Shown piece by piece: positions 35,640 to 44,017 of a stretch of DNA of 44,017 nt. Position 1 is the first letter of the stretch; each line of letters begins with the position of its first letter. Both the position numbers and the translations under genes were made by a program. The DNA is from Candidatus Wildermuthbacteria bacterium RIFCSPHIGHO2_02_FULL_45_25. GTDB taxonomy: Bacteria > Patescibacteriota > Minisyncoccia > Minisyncoccales > UBA10102. The DNA lies in NCBI GenBank assembly GCA_001823215.1, contig MHTV01000045.1, forward strand, positions 1 through 44,017, written 5' to 3'. The notes under the pieces were generated by a model. It did no database searches. It was not told the DNA's origin and was given only the letters and a program-made list of their open reading frames with translations.

Positions 35640-36413
35640 TTACTCTTTACTTGTTTTTGCAGATTTCGCCTTTCTTGTCTTTTTCTTTTCGGTTGGCTTT
35701 CCTTGATCTTCCTGCTTTTCTTTCTCATTCACTTCGGTTGTTCCTTTCAATGCCTGGAACTGATTTACCAGCATCGTAACCGCTTGTCCAAAAGCATCTT
35801 CCGGAGTTATCGTGCCATCGGTCTCAATAACCACTGTAACCTTTTGAAAATCGGTGCGATCCCCTACGCGCATATTTTCCACTTTGGAACTTACTTTTTT
35901 AATCGGGCTGTACCACGCATCCAACGCAAGCATTCCAATTGCCTGCTTTTCCCGATGATGAGCATTTGCTGGCACATATCCAATGCCGCGCTCAATTTTG
36001 ATTTCCATTTCCAATGCCGCGCTCTTGCTTGTCAAATGCGCGATTTCCAAATCCTTATTGATAAGCTCTGCCTGTGAAGGGACTTCAAAATCCGCGCCCG
36101 TAACTGTTTTTTCTCCCTTTACTTGCACCGTCGCGGTTTGCGGCTCCGCTTCATACATGCGAAAACGAAGTTGTTTGATATTTAAAAGAATTGAAATCAC
36201 ATCCTCCATTACTCCCGGAAGCGTTGAGAACTCATGGTTTGCTCCCTTAATTTTTACTTGCGTAACTGCGGCTCCTTCCAAAGAAGAGAGCAAGATACGC
36301 CGTAACGCATTCCCGATTGTTACCCCATAACCCGGATATAACCCTTCAATTTCAAAAACTCCCCGATTCTCGGATTTCTCGATGAGTTTCGCAGCTTTTG
36401 GAAGAGAAATCAT
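35640..36413 (-). CDS. rpoA: RNA polymerase alpha subunit, N-terminal domain only
   Basis: L.PGYG.T.GNALRRILLSS, HEFSTLPGV.ED, RVG.RTD and TDGTITP motifs; located between rpsD and rplQ. Confidence 0.96.
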   Translation of the reverse strand: MISLPKAAKLIEKSENRGVFEIEGLYPGYGVTIGNALRRILLSSLEGAAVTQVKIKGANHEFSTLPGVMEDVISILLNIKQLRFRMYEAEPQTATVQVKGEKTVTGADFEVPSQAELINKDLEIAHLTSKSAALEMEIKIERGIGYVPANAHHREKQAIGMLALDAWYSPIKKVSSKVENMRVGDRTDFQKVTVVIETDGTITPEDAFGQAVTMLVNQFQALKGTTEVNEKEKQEDQGKPTEKKKTRKAKSAKTSKE

Positions 36414-36433
36414 AAAATATGAAAAATAAATTT

Positions 36434-36958
36434 TTATCTTGAATAAAACTCGAAAACGAGGGGAAGCTCAACTGTTGGAGCTATCTCATGGAAAGACGGC
36501 TCTCCCTGTACCGTTGCTTCAACCTTTTCTTTATCAAGATGAAGCCATGAAGGCGCTTGATATTTCTTCAAAACAATAAGGATATTCTGAAAAGCCGGTT
36601 TCTTCTGAAGAGTTGGACGAACCGAAATTTTTTCTCCTGTTTTTACAATATAAGAAGGAATGTCCATCGGGCGTCCATTCACAAAAATATGCCCGTGAGA
36701 CACAAACTGCCGAGCTTGCTTGCGGGTCGTAGCGATTCCCATGCGAAACACCACACTGTCCAAGCGTTTCTCTAATTGCCGCATCAAAAGCTCCGCGGAA
36801 TTTCCGTTTCCCGCCTTTTGCAGTACTTCCTTTACGTAACGCCCAAACTGGCGCTCCCGAAGGTTGTACTCTCTCTTCAACTCCTGCTTTTGCTGAAGTT
36901 GTCGCCCGTATTCAGACAGCGGGCTCGTTCTTCGTTTTCGGACTACTCCTTTTTGCAT
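36434..36958 (-). CDS. rpsD: 30S ribosomal protein S4, N-terminally short
   Basis: SEYG.QL..KQ, LE.RLD.VV.R.G...TR.QARQ.VSHGH and EFYSR motifs. Start placed at ATG 36958 to avoid overlap with rpsK. Confidence 0.94.
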   Translation of the reverse strand: MQKGVVRKRRTSPLSEYGRQLQQKQELKREYNLRERQFGRYVKEVLQKAGNGNSAELLMRQLEKRLDSVVFRMGIATTRKQARQFVSHGHIFVNGRPMDIPSYIVKTGEKISVRPTLQKKPAFQNILIVLKKYQAPSWLHLDKEKVEATVQGEPSFHEIAPTVELPLVFEFYSR

Positions 36959-36974
36959 ATAATTTGCGGGATTT

Positions 36975-37430
36975 CTATACTCTTCGAGTTTTCTTTGCCC
37001 GAGGACCATTATGCGCCACAGGGGTCGCGTCAACAACTGATATCACATCAAATCCTTTTGCTCCAATGGATCGCAACGCGGAATCACGTCCCGGGCCTAC
37101 TCCTTTCATTTGGACAGCGATTTTTTCAATTCCTTTATTCTTCGCGATTTGCGCAATGGCATCTGCCACTTTGGAAGCGGCAAACGGAGTGGATTTCTTT
37201 GTCCCCTTAAAACCGACTGCTCCTGCGCTCACCTGTCCAATGACATTCCCATAAGGATCAGTCAGAGACATAATCGTATTATTATATGAGGCATAGACAT
37301 ACACAATCCCCTCTTTCATTTTTTTGGACGGCATAGAACCCCCGGCTTTCTTATCGCCGACTTGTTCAACCGCATCTGCTTGACCTCGCACTTCTTTTTC
37401 CCCTATGTGAATGATTCGTTTTTTCCCCAT
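36975..37430 (-). CDS. rpsK: 30S ribosomal protein S11
   Basis: ASYNNT, GFKG.KKSTPFAA, G.G.GR and D.TP..HNG motifs. Confidence 0.97.
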   Translation of the reverse strand: MGKKRIIHIGEKEVRGQADAVEQVGDKKAGGSMPSKKMKEGIVYVYASYNNTIMSLTDPYGNVIGQVSAGAVGFKGTKKSTPFAASKVADAIAQIAKNKGIEKIAVQMKGVGPGRDSALRSIGAKGFDVISVVDATPVAHNGPRAKKTRRV

Positions 37431-37456
37431 TTCAAATAAATCTTTTAGTCGCTATC

Positions 37457-37846
37457 CTATGTAGGCGTTGCCGCTGGCTTTCTTCCCGATGTAACCGTCT
37501 TTCTGACATTTCCGCGAATTGTCCGATTATTTGTCTTTGTTCTCTGTCCTCGAACCGGCAAACGTTTTGCGTGACGATTCCCCCTCCAGCATCCGATATC
37601 TCGTAATCTTCGGATACTCATAATAACATCTCTGCGCAAATCTCCTTCGATTCGATAATTTTTCTCAATAAATTCACGGATTTTATTCAATTCATCGGCA
37701 GATAAATCAGCCGCTTTCTTTTCAGCATCAATACCGGCTACTTTCAAAATTTGTTTGCTTCGCGTTTCCCCAATTCCATAGATATAGGTAAGCGAAACTC
37801 GTATTGGTTTATTGTCTGGAATGTTAATTCCTGAAAGTCGTGGCAT
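37457..37846 (-). CDS. rpsM: 30S ribosomal protein S13
   Basis: R..G.NIP.NK, LTYIYGIG and LPVRGQRTKTN motifs. Confidence 0.97.
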   Translation of the reverse strand: MPRLSGINIPDNKPIRVSLTYIYGIGETRSKQILKVAGIDAEKKAADLSADELNKIREFIEKNYRIEGDLRRDVIMSIRRLRDIGCWRGNRHAKRLPVRGQRTKTNNRTIRGNVRKTVTSGRKPAATPT

Positions 37847-37866
37847 ATAATAATCAAAAATAAAAT

Positions 37867-37983
37867 TTACCCTTGCCGCTGTTTATGCTTTGGGTTTTTT
37901 TTACATGTAACATAAATCTTCCGTTCTCGTTTCACTATTTGGCAATCCTTGCACATTTTTTTTACTGACGCGCGTACTTTCAT
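37867..37983 (-). CDS. rpmJ: 50S ribosomal protein L36, Zn-ribbon form
   Basis: Not in the ORF track. Manual translation gives [38 protein letters not shown]. Confidence 0.96.
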   Translation of the reverse strand: MKVRASVKKMCKDCQIVKRERKIYVTCKKNPKHKQRQG

Positions 37984-37987
37984 AGTA

Positions 37988-38224
37988 TTAGTATCTAGAA
38001 ACTCCTCGGTACACGATCCGTCCTCGCTTGGCATCATACGGCGTCATTTCCACCGTTACTTTATCGCCGGGCAGAATTCGGATTTTATGCATTCGAAGCT
38101 TCCCCGCGGCATACGCCAAAATTTCTTCTCCGGTTTCATCAAGCTTAACCCGAAATTTTAAACTCGGCAAGGCCTCGAGCACCAGGCCAGTTTTACGTAA
38201 TTCATTGTCTCCGGAATTTGTCAT
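37988..38224 (-). CDS. infA: Translation initiation factor IF-1
   Basis: G.V.EALP...F.V.L and GK.R...IRILPGD.V.VE..PYD...GRIVYR motifs. Confidence 0.97.
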   Translation of the reverse strand: MTNSGDNELRKTGLVLEALPSLKFRVKLDETGEEILAYAAGKLRMHKIRILPGDKVTVEMTPYDAKRGRIVYRGVSRY

Positions 38225-38248
38225 TTCCTTTCAAGAACCTTCTACAAT

Positions 38249-38277
38249 ATCGTAGCAGAAAGTAAAAATATAGTCAA
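38249..38277 (-). promoter_or_regulatory. Sigma70-type promoter for the infA-rpsI operon
   Basis: Minus strand TTGACT, 17-nt spacer ending in TGC, then TACGAT. Confidence 0.6.
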
Positions 38278-38328
38278 CACACCTCTTCTTATTCGTTTAT
38301 ACGGTGGCTCTCCCATCAGAATTCAGCT

Positions 38329-39627
38329 CTATTGCAACTTGGCCCCATGGGGATCAACAGAAAGCGCCGCCTGTATCTTTCTTGTATCTCGAGGGATTGT
38401 TTGAAGCCAAAATGGCTTAAAAACAATTTCCGCTCGCGCGATCATTGGGTACGCATCCAACACCGTCTGAATCCCCTTGTATGATTTGCCTTCAAAGTCC
38501 GCGACGACTTTATTGAGATCAATGTTCGTATACTTTTTCCCATAAATGTTGAACTTTACCAGCCAAGTGCCTGAATCCACATCAGCTCTTTCTCCTCGGA
38601 ATACAACCTTGAAGGAAGTTTCTTCCAAGACTTCATCTGGCTTCAACAAAGCATCTAAAAGCGTATGCGCCAGCGCTTCAGCATCGCTTCGCTTAAATGC
38701 CAGAATTTTCGCTTCCACGGAAGCACTATAGGTAAAATGTTTGAGTTCATTGCCTTCTTTCGCTTCTGTTCCAGATTCAAGAACTTCCGTGATCAGCGAT
38801 TCTTCAGCCGCGATAAAACTCTCTGGTAATTCGCTCTGCACTTGAGCGGTGGCTTTTGCCTTCAATTGAGCAACTGTGCGGTCTTGGGCGTTTTTGATAT
38901 CCCCGGCCGTTACCACAGGAACTTCGCTTTCCGCTCCTCCCTTCATGGACTGAAAAGATTTGCCGTAAATCTTGGTGTAGAGAGCAGATCCCACAAGCCC
39001 TGGAAGAGAAAAATTTGATGGTTCAATGTTATATGACTCTCCTGTTTCGGCGGCGATCACTTCGATATCAACCTCTCCTGCAACCGCGCGGCCTTTCTCT
39101 TGGCGTTGAGCCGGAATCTTCGCGGCGTTCGCCGAACGAAACAGTTTTCCATCTTCTGAAATAAAGCGGCTGCCTGTCACCAATGTTTGCGAAGCGCTTG
39201 TATTGGTATTATACACCCGAATAACTCCCCGAGCTTTCTCGCTTTTTTCCCTTACGCCGGTAGCTTCAAAAATCTGACTCCCCTCTACTGTTTTTTCATG
39301 GATGAAAGCTGGAATAATTCGCTTTTCCACCTGCGGCGCGGTTTCTCCCGTTCTCGCGACCACCGCAACTTCCATCTGAAGATCTTCCATCCGAGGTTCC
39401 ACGGCAATGGTAACACTTCCCAAAGGCCCAAATCCTGCCACGAGCGGAATCCCTACCACAAGCATTATCAATCCTCCTATGAAAGGTTTGGTAAAACTTT
39501 TTCTGTTGCGCGCGGAATTTCCTTCTCGCTTCCCGCCCATTGACGGCTTTGATCCTTCTTTCCCACTCTCAAAATCGCGCGCTACTCCGGGAGGATAAAT
39601 ATCAATAACTTTTTTTATTGTGCTCAT
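38329..39627 (-). CDS. Single-pass membrane protein with a baseplate J/gp47-like domain
   Basis: TM helix near residue 50-70, then A.G.I...N, L..G.RF....G..F, V.A...G..YNI and ..GG....VT..D patterns recalled from baseplate-J-like barrel domains. Confidence 0.6.
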   Translation of the reverse strand: MSTIKKVIDIYPPGVARDFESGKEGSKPSMGGKREGNSARNRKSFTKPFIGGLIMLVVGIPLVAGFGPLGSVTIAVEPRMEDLQMEVAVVARTGETAPQVEKRIIPAFIHEKTVEGSQIFEATGVREKSEKARGVIRVYNTNTSASQTLVTGSRFISEDGKLFRSANAAKIPAQRQEKGRAVAGEVDIEVIAAETGESYNIEPSNFSLPGLVGSALYTKIYGKSFQSMKGGAESEVPVVTAGDIKNAQDRTVAQLKAKATAQVQSELPESFIAAEESLITEVLESGTEAKEGNELKHFTYSASVEAKILAFKRSDAEALAHTLLDALLKPDEVLEETSFKVVFRGERADVDSGTWLVKFNIYGKKYTNIDLNKVVADFEGKSYKGIQTVLDAYPMIARAEIVFKPFWLQTIPRDTRKIQAALSVDPHGAKLQ

Positions 39628-40738
39628 AATGCCAAATTGCCAACAAAAGAATCGGCGTAAACCGAGGATCTGCTGACTGTATTACTTTTTTCAGCTTGGT
39701 AAATTTCACGTTCTTTGGATATAAAAAAGCAATATCCATATCCGGAAATGTTTCCTCTAACATTTCTTGCAACTCAAGCCCAAGTGAATAGGGCCCGCAA
39801 ATCCAAAGACGTTCGGCTGTCTGCATATCAAATCTCATCATTCCCTGTTGTACGCTCGAGGCAATCCGTGAAGCGCAAGGAAGCATCAGCTTTCGGATAC
39901 GAACTCGCAAATCATCAGACACTTTGCCTTGAAAATATCGTTCCTGCAATTCCAAAGCCGTATTTTCGTGCATCTGCATGGAATCCATCAAAGTACTCGT
40001 GAACTGCTTGCCTCCTTGCTCTATGATTGCCGTACGCAGCAATACTCCATTTTCCAGATACATCAACTGGGACTTTTCCGCGCCCACGAAAAGGTATGCT
40101 TCATTCCCCCCGCTCCTTGCAGAAAACGATTCAAACCCATGCGCGATATGCGCGGCTTCCATTCGAGGAGCTCCTTTGATCAAAGAAAGTTTTGAGAGCC
40201 ATTGAACAATTTGTTGAGTAATCGTCTCCGCCCAAACAACGAACGAAACCATACTCCCCGCGCATCCCATAATATCCAAAACCGTATACCCGTTGATCTC
40301 TACCTTGGAAACTCCAAAACGATTGATCAAAATATCTTTCGCGAGAAGACCTGACCGTTCGGCAACGATCTTCTTTATTTCAGATTCCGCAGTCGCATAC
40401 AATTGATCGAGAATTTGCTGTTTTTCATGGGTTCCAATTGGCTTATGCTCGCGCCCTTCTCCTCTTTTGAAACCGAATGTAAAATACACCGCCTGCAGCG
40501 CAGGAAAGCAAACAGAAATCAAGAGATGATCAATTCGATACGTTGCTGAAATTTCAGAGACAAATTGAATCAAAGGATTTCCTTCATAGAGAGAAGAAAA
40601 TTCTTTATTCCCCGCGGCAAGCATTTGTAATCCTTCGCTCCCATTTGTCGCCACGCAATACCATATCGAAGAATCCTCCAAATGCATCACTGCAACGGTT
40701 TGCGATTTTGGATGAGAAGAAAACAAGCGAAACCCCAT
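39602..40738 (-). CDS. Divergent FtsA/PilM-like actin-fold protein
   Basis: VGAEKSQL....G......I..GG..FT..L......AE-like segment and GY.V....G..G pattern; overlaps the start of the downstream gene. Confidence 0.55.
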   Translation of the reverse strand: MGFRLFSSHPKSQTVAVMHLEDSSIWYCVATNGSEGLQMLAAGNKEFSSLYEGNPLIQFVSEISATYRIDHLLISVCFPALQAVYFTFGFKRGEGREHKPIGTHEKQQILDQLYATAESEIKKIVAERSGLLAKDILINRFGVSKVEINGYTVLDIMGCAGSMVSFVVWAETITQQIVQWLSKLSLIKGAPRMEAAHIAHGFESFSARSGGNEAYLFVGAEKSQLMYLENGVLLRTAIIEQGGKQFTSTLMDSMQMHENTALELQERYFQGKVSDDLRVRIRKLMLPCASRIASSVQQGMMRFDMQTAERLWICGPYSLGLELQEMLEETFPDMDIAFLYPKNVKFTKLKKVIQSADPRFTPILLLAIWHYEHNKKSY

Positions 40739-40811
40739 AGCAGATATATTGTACCAAACAAACAAAAGAATTCAAAAAAACCTTTTGCGCATCACTATTC
40801 TTTTATCCAAA

Positions 40812-42680
40812 CTATTCAAGCACTGCGCGAATTCTTCGCACGCCCGCACTGACTGCTTCTTCCTTGACTACACGCAAACGCCCCAATTCCCCTGTATTGT
40901 TCACATGCGACCCGCCGCAAAACTCTTTGCTGAACATGTTTCCATCTGTATCTTGCGCGATGTACACAGAAACGATATCGCCGTATTTCACGCCAAATTC
41001 CATTTCAGCTCCCAAGTTCACGGCTTCATCTTTGGGCATTTCTTTGCGAATCATTTGCAGATTTGTGTTGATTTTTTCATTGACCAAATCTTCCACTTCT
41101 TTGAGTTGTTCTGGCGTCAGCTTCTCTGCATGAGAAAAGTCCAAACGGAGACGCTCCGCGGTGATATTGCTTCCTCGCTGATGCACATGGACTCCCAACA
41201 CCTGCCGCAACGCCGCCAACAACAAATGGTGAGCTGTATGAAGCTTCATGGTTTCATAAGAAGTATCTGCCAGTCCACCCTTAAATCGGCCAGCGCTTGC
41301 AGTTCGGGACATGTCTTGATGCTTTTTAAGTTCCGATCGGAACTCTTCTTCATCTACCGTAATGCCACGCTCCTTGGCCAATTCCAATGTCATCTCCAGA
41401 GGGAATCCATACGTCTGATATAAATCAAATGCCTCTTTGCCAGATAACAACGTCTTTTGTTGACCGATTTTTCCAAATTGAGCCAATCCCTTTTCCAGTG
41501 TTTTTCGGAATTTCTCTTCCTCCCCCGAAATAGTTTTTTTGATAAAATCTGCGGTTTGTTGCACTTCAGGATACGCATGTCCATAGGACAACACTACCGA
41601 ACCCGCCAATTCAGCCAATTCCCCTGATGGAAGTCCTATCACGTCCGCATATCGAACAGCTCGTCGAAGCAATCGGCGCGTAAAATAACCTCGTTCGGTA
41701 TTGGAAGGCGTTACGCCGTCAGCAATCATAAACACAGCTCCTCTTAAGTGATCTGCCACAATGCGAAATGCACGTTTCAAATCCTCATATTTCTTACCAG
41801 ACAACTCCTCCATCCCTTTGATAAGCTCGTAGAGGGTATCCACCAGAAACATATCTGCATTATTGTTGGAAGCCGCGCAAATTCGTTCCAATCCCCCGCC
41901 AAAATCCACATTTTTTTGTGGAAGTTTTTCAAAACTTCCTTGTTCCGTCTTGCGATATTCCATGAACACAGAATTCGCAATCTCCAAAAATCTTCCGCAA
42001 TCGCAATTCGGATGGCAATACTCGCCAAATTTTTTGTTGTGTTCTACATTGGTAAATTCGTAAAACACTTCCGAGTCCGGACCTCCCGGCTCGCCTGCCG
42101 GCATCTTTTCTGGCGCGCCTGCCCTGCTCCACCAGTTTTTCTTCGCTCCATAGTAAAAGATCCTTCCTGCTTGCATACCGACTTTTCCGCCATTTTCTTC
42201 TGTTCCAATCTCCACGTCTTTAGCTTCAATCCCCTTTTGTGCGAACAACTCTTTCCAAATCTTCACGGAATCCATATCCTTCGGGATATTATTTTTTTCT
42301 TCACCCGCAAATACCGTCACATAGAGCCGTTGCGGATCCAGCTTGATTCCGTCCGTCAAAAATGTGAACACCCACGAAAGCTGTTTCTCCTTAAAGTAAT
42401 CTCCCAGCGACCAGTTTCCCAGCATTTCAAAGAAGGTTGTATGGCGATTATCGCCTACCTCGTCAATGTCGTCAGAACGGAAACATTTTTGGGAATCGAC
42501 AAGACGACTGCCCATAGGATGGGGCTGCCCAAGCAAATACCGAATCAACGGCTGCATTCCCGATCCCGTAAAAAGTGTCGTGGGATCGTTCTCCGGAACC
42601 AATGAAGCAGAAGGAATTATCTTATGATCTTGATTCTCGAAAAATTTGAGATATTTGGCACGAACATCGTTCAGTTTCAT
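40812..42680 (-). CDS. alaS: Alanine--tRNA ligase lacking the C-Ala domain
   Basis: DPTTLFTGSGMQ, H.TFFEMLGNWS.GDYFK, VADHLR, editing motifs HTAHH and FCGG.H; ends at GVRRI.A. Confidence 0.96.
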   Translation of the reverse strand: MKLNDVRAKYLKFFENQDHKIIPSASLVPENDPTTLFTGSGMQPLIRYLLGQPHPMGSRLVDSQKCFRSDDIDEVGDNRHTTFFEMLGNWSLGDYFKEKQLSWVFTFLTDGIKLDPQRLYVTVFAGEEKNNIPKDMDSVKIWKELFAQKGIEAKDVEIGTEENGGKVGMQAGRIFYYGAKKNWWSRAGAPEKMPAGEPGGPDSEVFYEFTNVEHNKKFGEYCHPNCDCGRFLEIANSVFMEYRKTEQGSFEKLPQKNVDFGGGLERICAASNNNADMFLVDTLYELIKGMEELSGKKYEDLKRAFRIVADHLRGAVFMIADGVTPSNTERGYFTRRLLRRAVRYADVIGLPSGELAELAGSVVLSYGHAYPEVQQTADFIKKTISGEEEKFRKTLEKGLAQFGKIGQQKTLLSGKEAFDLYQTYGFPLEMTLELAKERGITVDEEEFRSELKKHQDMSRTASAGRFKGGLADTSYETMKLHTAHHLLLAALRQVLGVHVHQRGSNITAERLRLDFSHAEKLTPEQLKEVEDLVNEKINTNLQMIRKEMPKDEAVNLGAEMEFGVKYGDIVSVYIAQDTDGNMFSKEFCGGSHVNNTGELGRLRVVKEEAVSAGVRRIRAVLE

Positions 42681-42693
42681 AGAAGTTGTGGCA

Positions 42694-42812
42694 GAGTTGG
42701 TTTTTTGCCATAAGGTACGGAGAGACTTGTGAGCGCGACTGGCGCGAGCACGAGGAATTTTCTAGTAAGAAAATATCCGTGCTCTCCATACCTTATGGCA
42801 AAAAACCAACTC
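42694..42812 (+). repeat. Copy 4 of the conserved-core / variable-arm palindromic element
   Basis: 31-bp inverted repeat with one mismatch, 42694-42724 / 42782-42812, around the core ACTTGTGAGCGCGACTGGCGCGAGCACGAGGAATTTTCTAGTAAGAAAATATCCGTG. Confidence 0.92.
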
Positions 42813-42861
42813 CAACCGTGAGTACATAGTTTATTTTATCGTACCTACTTTCTTGAGAGAA

Positions 42862-43998
42862 TCAAGAGATTACCCCTGCTCCTATCATTTCATTGTTGTC
42901 ATACAGCGCCGCAAACTGCCCTTTCGTTACCGCTCGTTGAGGATCCATAAAATTCAATACGTGCTTCTCCCCTGCTCTTTCTTCCAAAACCGCCTCTGCC
43001 ATAGGGCTTCGATAGCGCAGTTTCACATGGAGGTTCGCGGGAAACTTCTTTGGCTTGGCAAACCAATTGATATGAGAAATTTTCACACGGGATTTCAGTA
43101 AATCATTTTCATCCTTGCTTACCTCCACGATATTTCTTTTCACATCTTTGTCCACCACAAAATATGGGCCACCGGCCAACCCAAGCCCTTTGCGCTGACC
43201 AATCGTATAGTACACGGCCCCTTCATGCTCACCCAATACATTTCCCTCCATATCATGAATTTCCCCTTTCTTTGGCGGAATATAGTGCTTGAGGAAGTCC
43301 GAGAAATCCACTTTCCCCACAAAGCAAATTCCCTGGCTGTCTTTTCGCTCCGCATTGGGAAGTCCAAATTTCTTTGCTAACTCTCTGACTTGAGGCTTGG
43401 TATATTCCCCTATGGGAAACATCACGTTCAACAACACCGCAGGATCAATCATGGAAAGAAAATACGACTGATCTTTATTTTCATCTCTCGCCGCCAGTAT
43501 GTGAACAGTTTCTTTTTGTTGCTTCCGACTCTTTGGAACTCGAGAACTGGAAATGGGAAATTTTCGAGAAAGTCGAGCATAATGTCCGGTTGCAACAAAA
43601 TCCGCGCCCAACCGCATTGCTTTCTCAAAAAACAGCCCGAACTTGATATGCTTGTTGCACATTACATCCGGATTTGGCGTAATCCCCTTTCTGTATCCTT
43701 CGAGCATATAATTTACCACTCGTTCTTTGTATTCTTTAATGAAGTTCAAAGAATAAAACGGAATGCCAATTTTGTGCGCTGCAAGCCGCGCCATTCGTTC
43801 GTCGTCTGAAGATGTGCAGTTCTCCCCCATTGGATCATCCGCGCTCCAGCACTTCATGAAAATTCCAATCACGTCAAAACCGGCCTTCTTGAGCAAGGCC
43901 GCAGACACCGAGCTGTCCACTCCGCCAGACATTGCCACGAAGACCTTTCTTTTAAGAGGGGTATTTGATTGTTTGTGTTTATTCCAAATTCTGGCCAT
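42862..43998 (-). CDS. mnmA: tRNA-specific 2-thiouridylase MnmA
   Basis: AMSGGVDSSV, TPNPDV.CN..IKFG, ATGHYA, KDQSYFL, DSQGICFVG and YTIGQRKG motifs. Start uncertain near the window edge. Confidence 0.96.
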   Translation of the reverse strand: MARIWNKHKQSNTPLKRKVFVAMSGGVDSSVSAALLKKAGFDVIGIFMKCWSADDPMGENCTSSDDERMARLAAHKIGIPFYSLNFIKEYKERVVNYMLEGYRKGITPNPDVMCNKHIKFGLFFEKAMRLGADFVATGHYARLSRKFPISSSRVPKSRKQQKETVHILAARDENKDQSYFLSMIDPAVLLNVMFPIGEYTKPQVRELAKKFGLPNAERKDSQGICFVGKVDFSDFLKHYIPPKKGEIHDMEGNVLGEHEGAVYYTIGQRKGLGLAGGPYFVVDKDVKRNIVEVSKDENDLLKSRVKISHINWFAKPKKFPANLHVKLRYRSPMAEAVLEERAGEKHVLNFMDPQRAVTKGQFAALYDNNEMIGAGVIS

Positions 43999-44017
43999 AT
44001 TCGTTTCGTTCACCGGG

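Noticed and set aside
40812..42680. Short AlaS, and likewise short PheT and ProS, as pseudogenes
   Set aside because: Frames are intact with all catalytic motifs; loss of accessory domains is a known feature of reduced genomes.
2083..42812. The four palindromic elements as CRISPR repeats, integron attC sites or simple terminators
   Set aside because: They are dispersed with no repeat-spacer array. They lack consistent RYYYAAC/GTTRRRY ends, and the recombinase looks Xer-like with no evident IntI insertion. They occur in tandem, divergent and convergent contexts, and copy 3 sits beside a separate ordinary terminator.
103..43809. Numerous antisense and alternate-frame ORFs in the track, such as 41748-42605, 40749-41423 and 20765-21364
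   Set aside because: They lie opposite or within well-supported housekeeping genes and show no recognisable motifs.

Overview
A gene-dense housekeeping region of a small-genome bacterium. Most likely Patescibacteria/CPR (Parcubacteria-like), inferred from shortened AlaS, PheT and RpoA, two MreB paralogues, no rplA after rplK, and few Shine-Dalgarno motifs. In order it contains: murD-ftsW-murG-gltX; a Xer-family tyrosine recombinase; gatB; a dTTP-synthesis cluster (tmk, dUTPase-like, DHFR, dcd, thyA); secE-nusG-rplK; gyrB; pheST; three tRNAs; gatCA; mreB; proS; rseP; frr; holB-like; a second mreB; murA; membrane proteins; the infA-to-rpsI ribosomal operon; an FtsA-like plus baseplate-J-like pair; alaS; mnmA. 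The strongest unexplained signal is a dispersed non-coding element present in four intergenic copies (about 2.1, 11.1, 12.8 and 42.7 kb). It has a conserved, covarying two-hairpin core enclosed by long inverted arms that are self-complementary within each copy but largely differ between copies. Two copies bracket the dcd-thyA pair. Also notable: a palindromic dif-like site directly upstream of the xer gene, near where gene orientation converges, with a repeated half-site just downstream, and an initiator-like tRNA(CAT) with an archaeal-type A1-U72 pair. All product calls come from motif recognition by eye; no database search was run.
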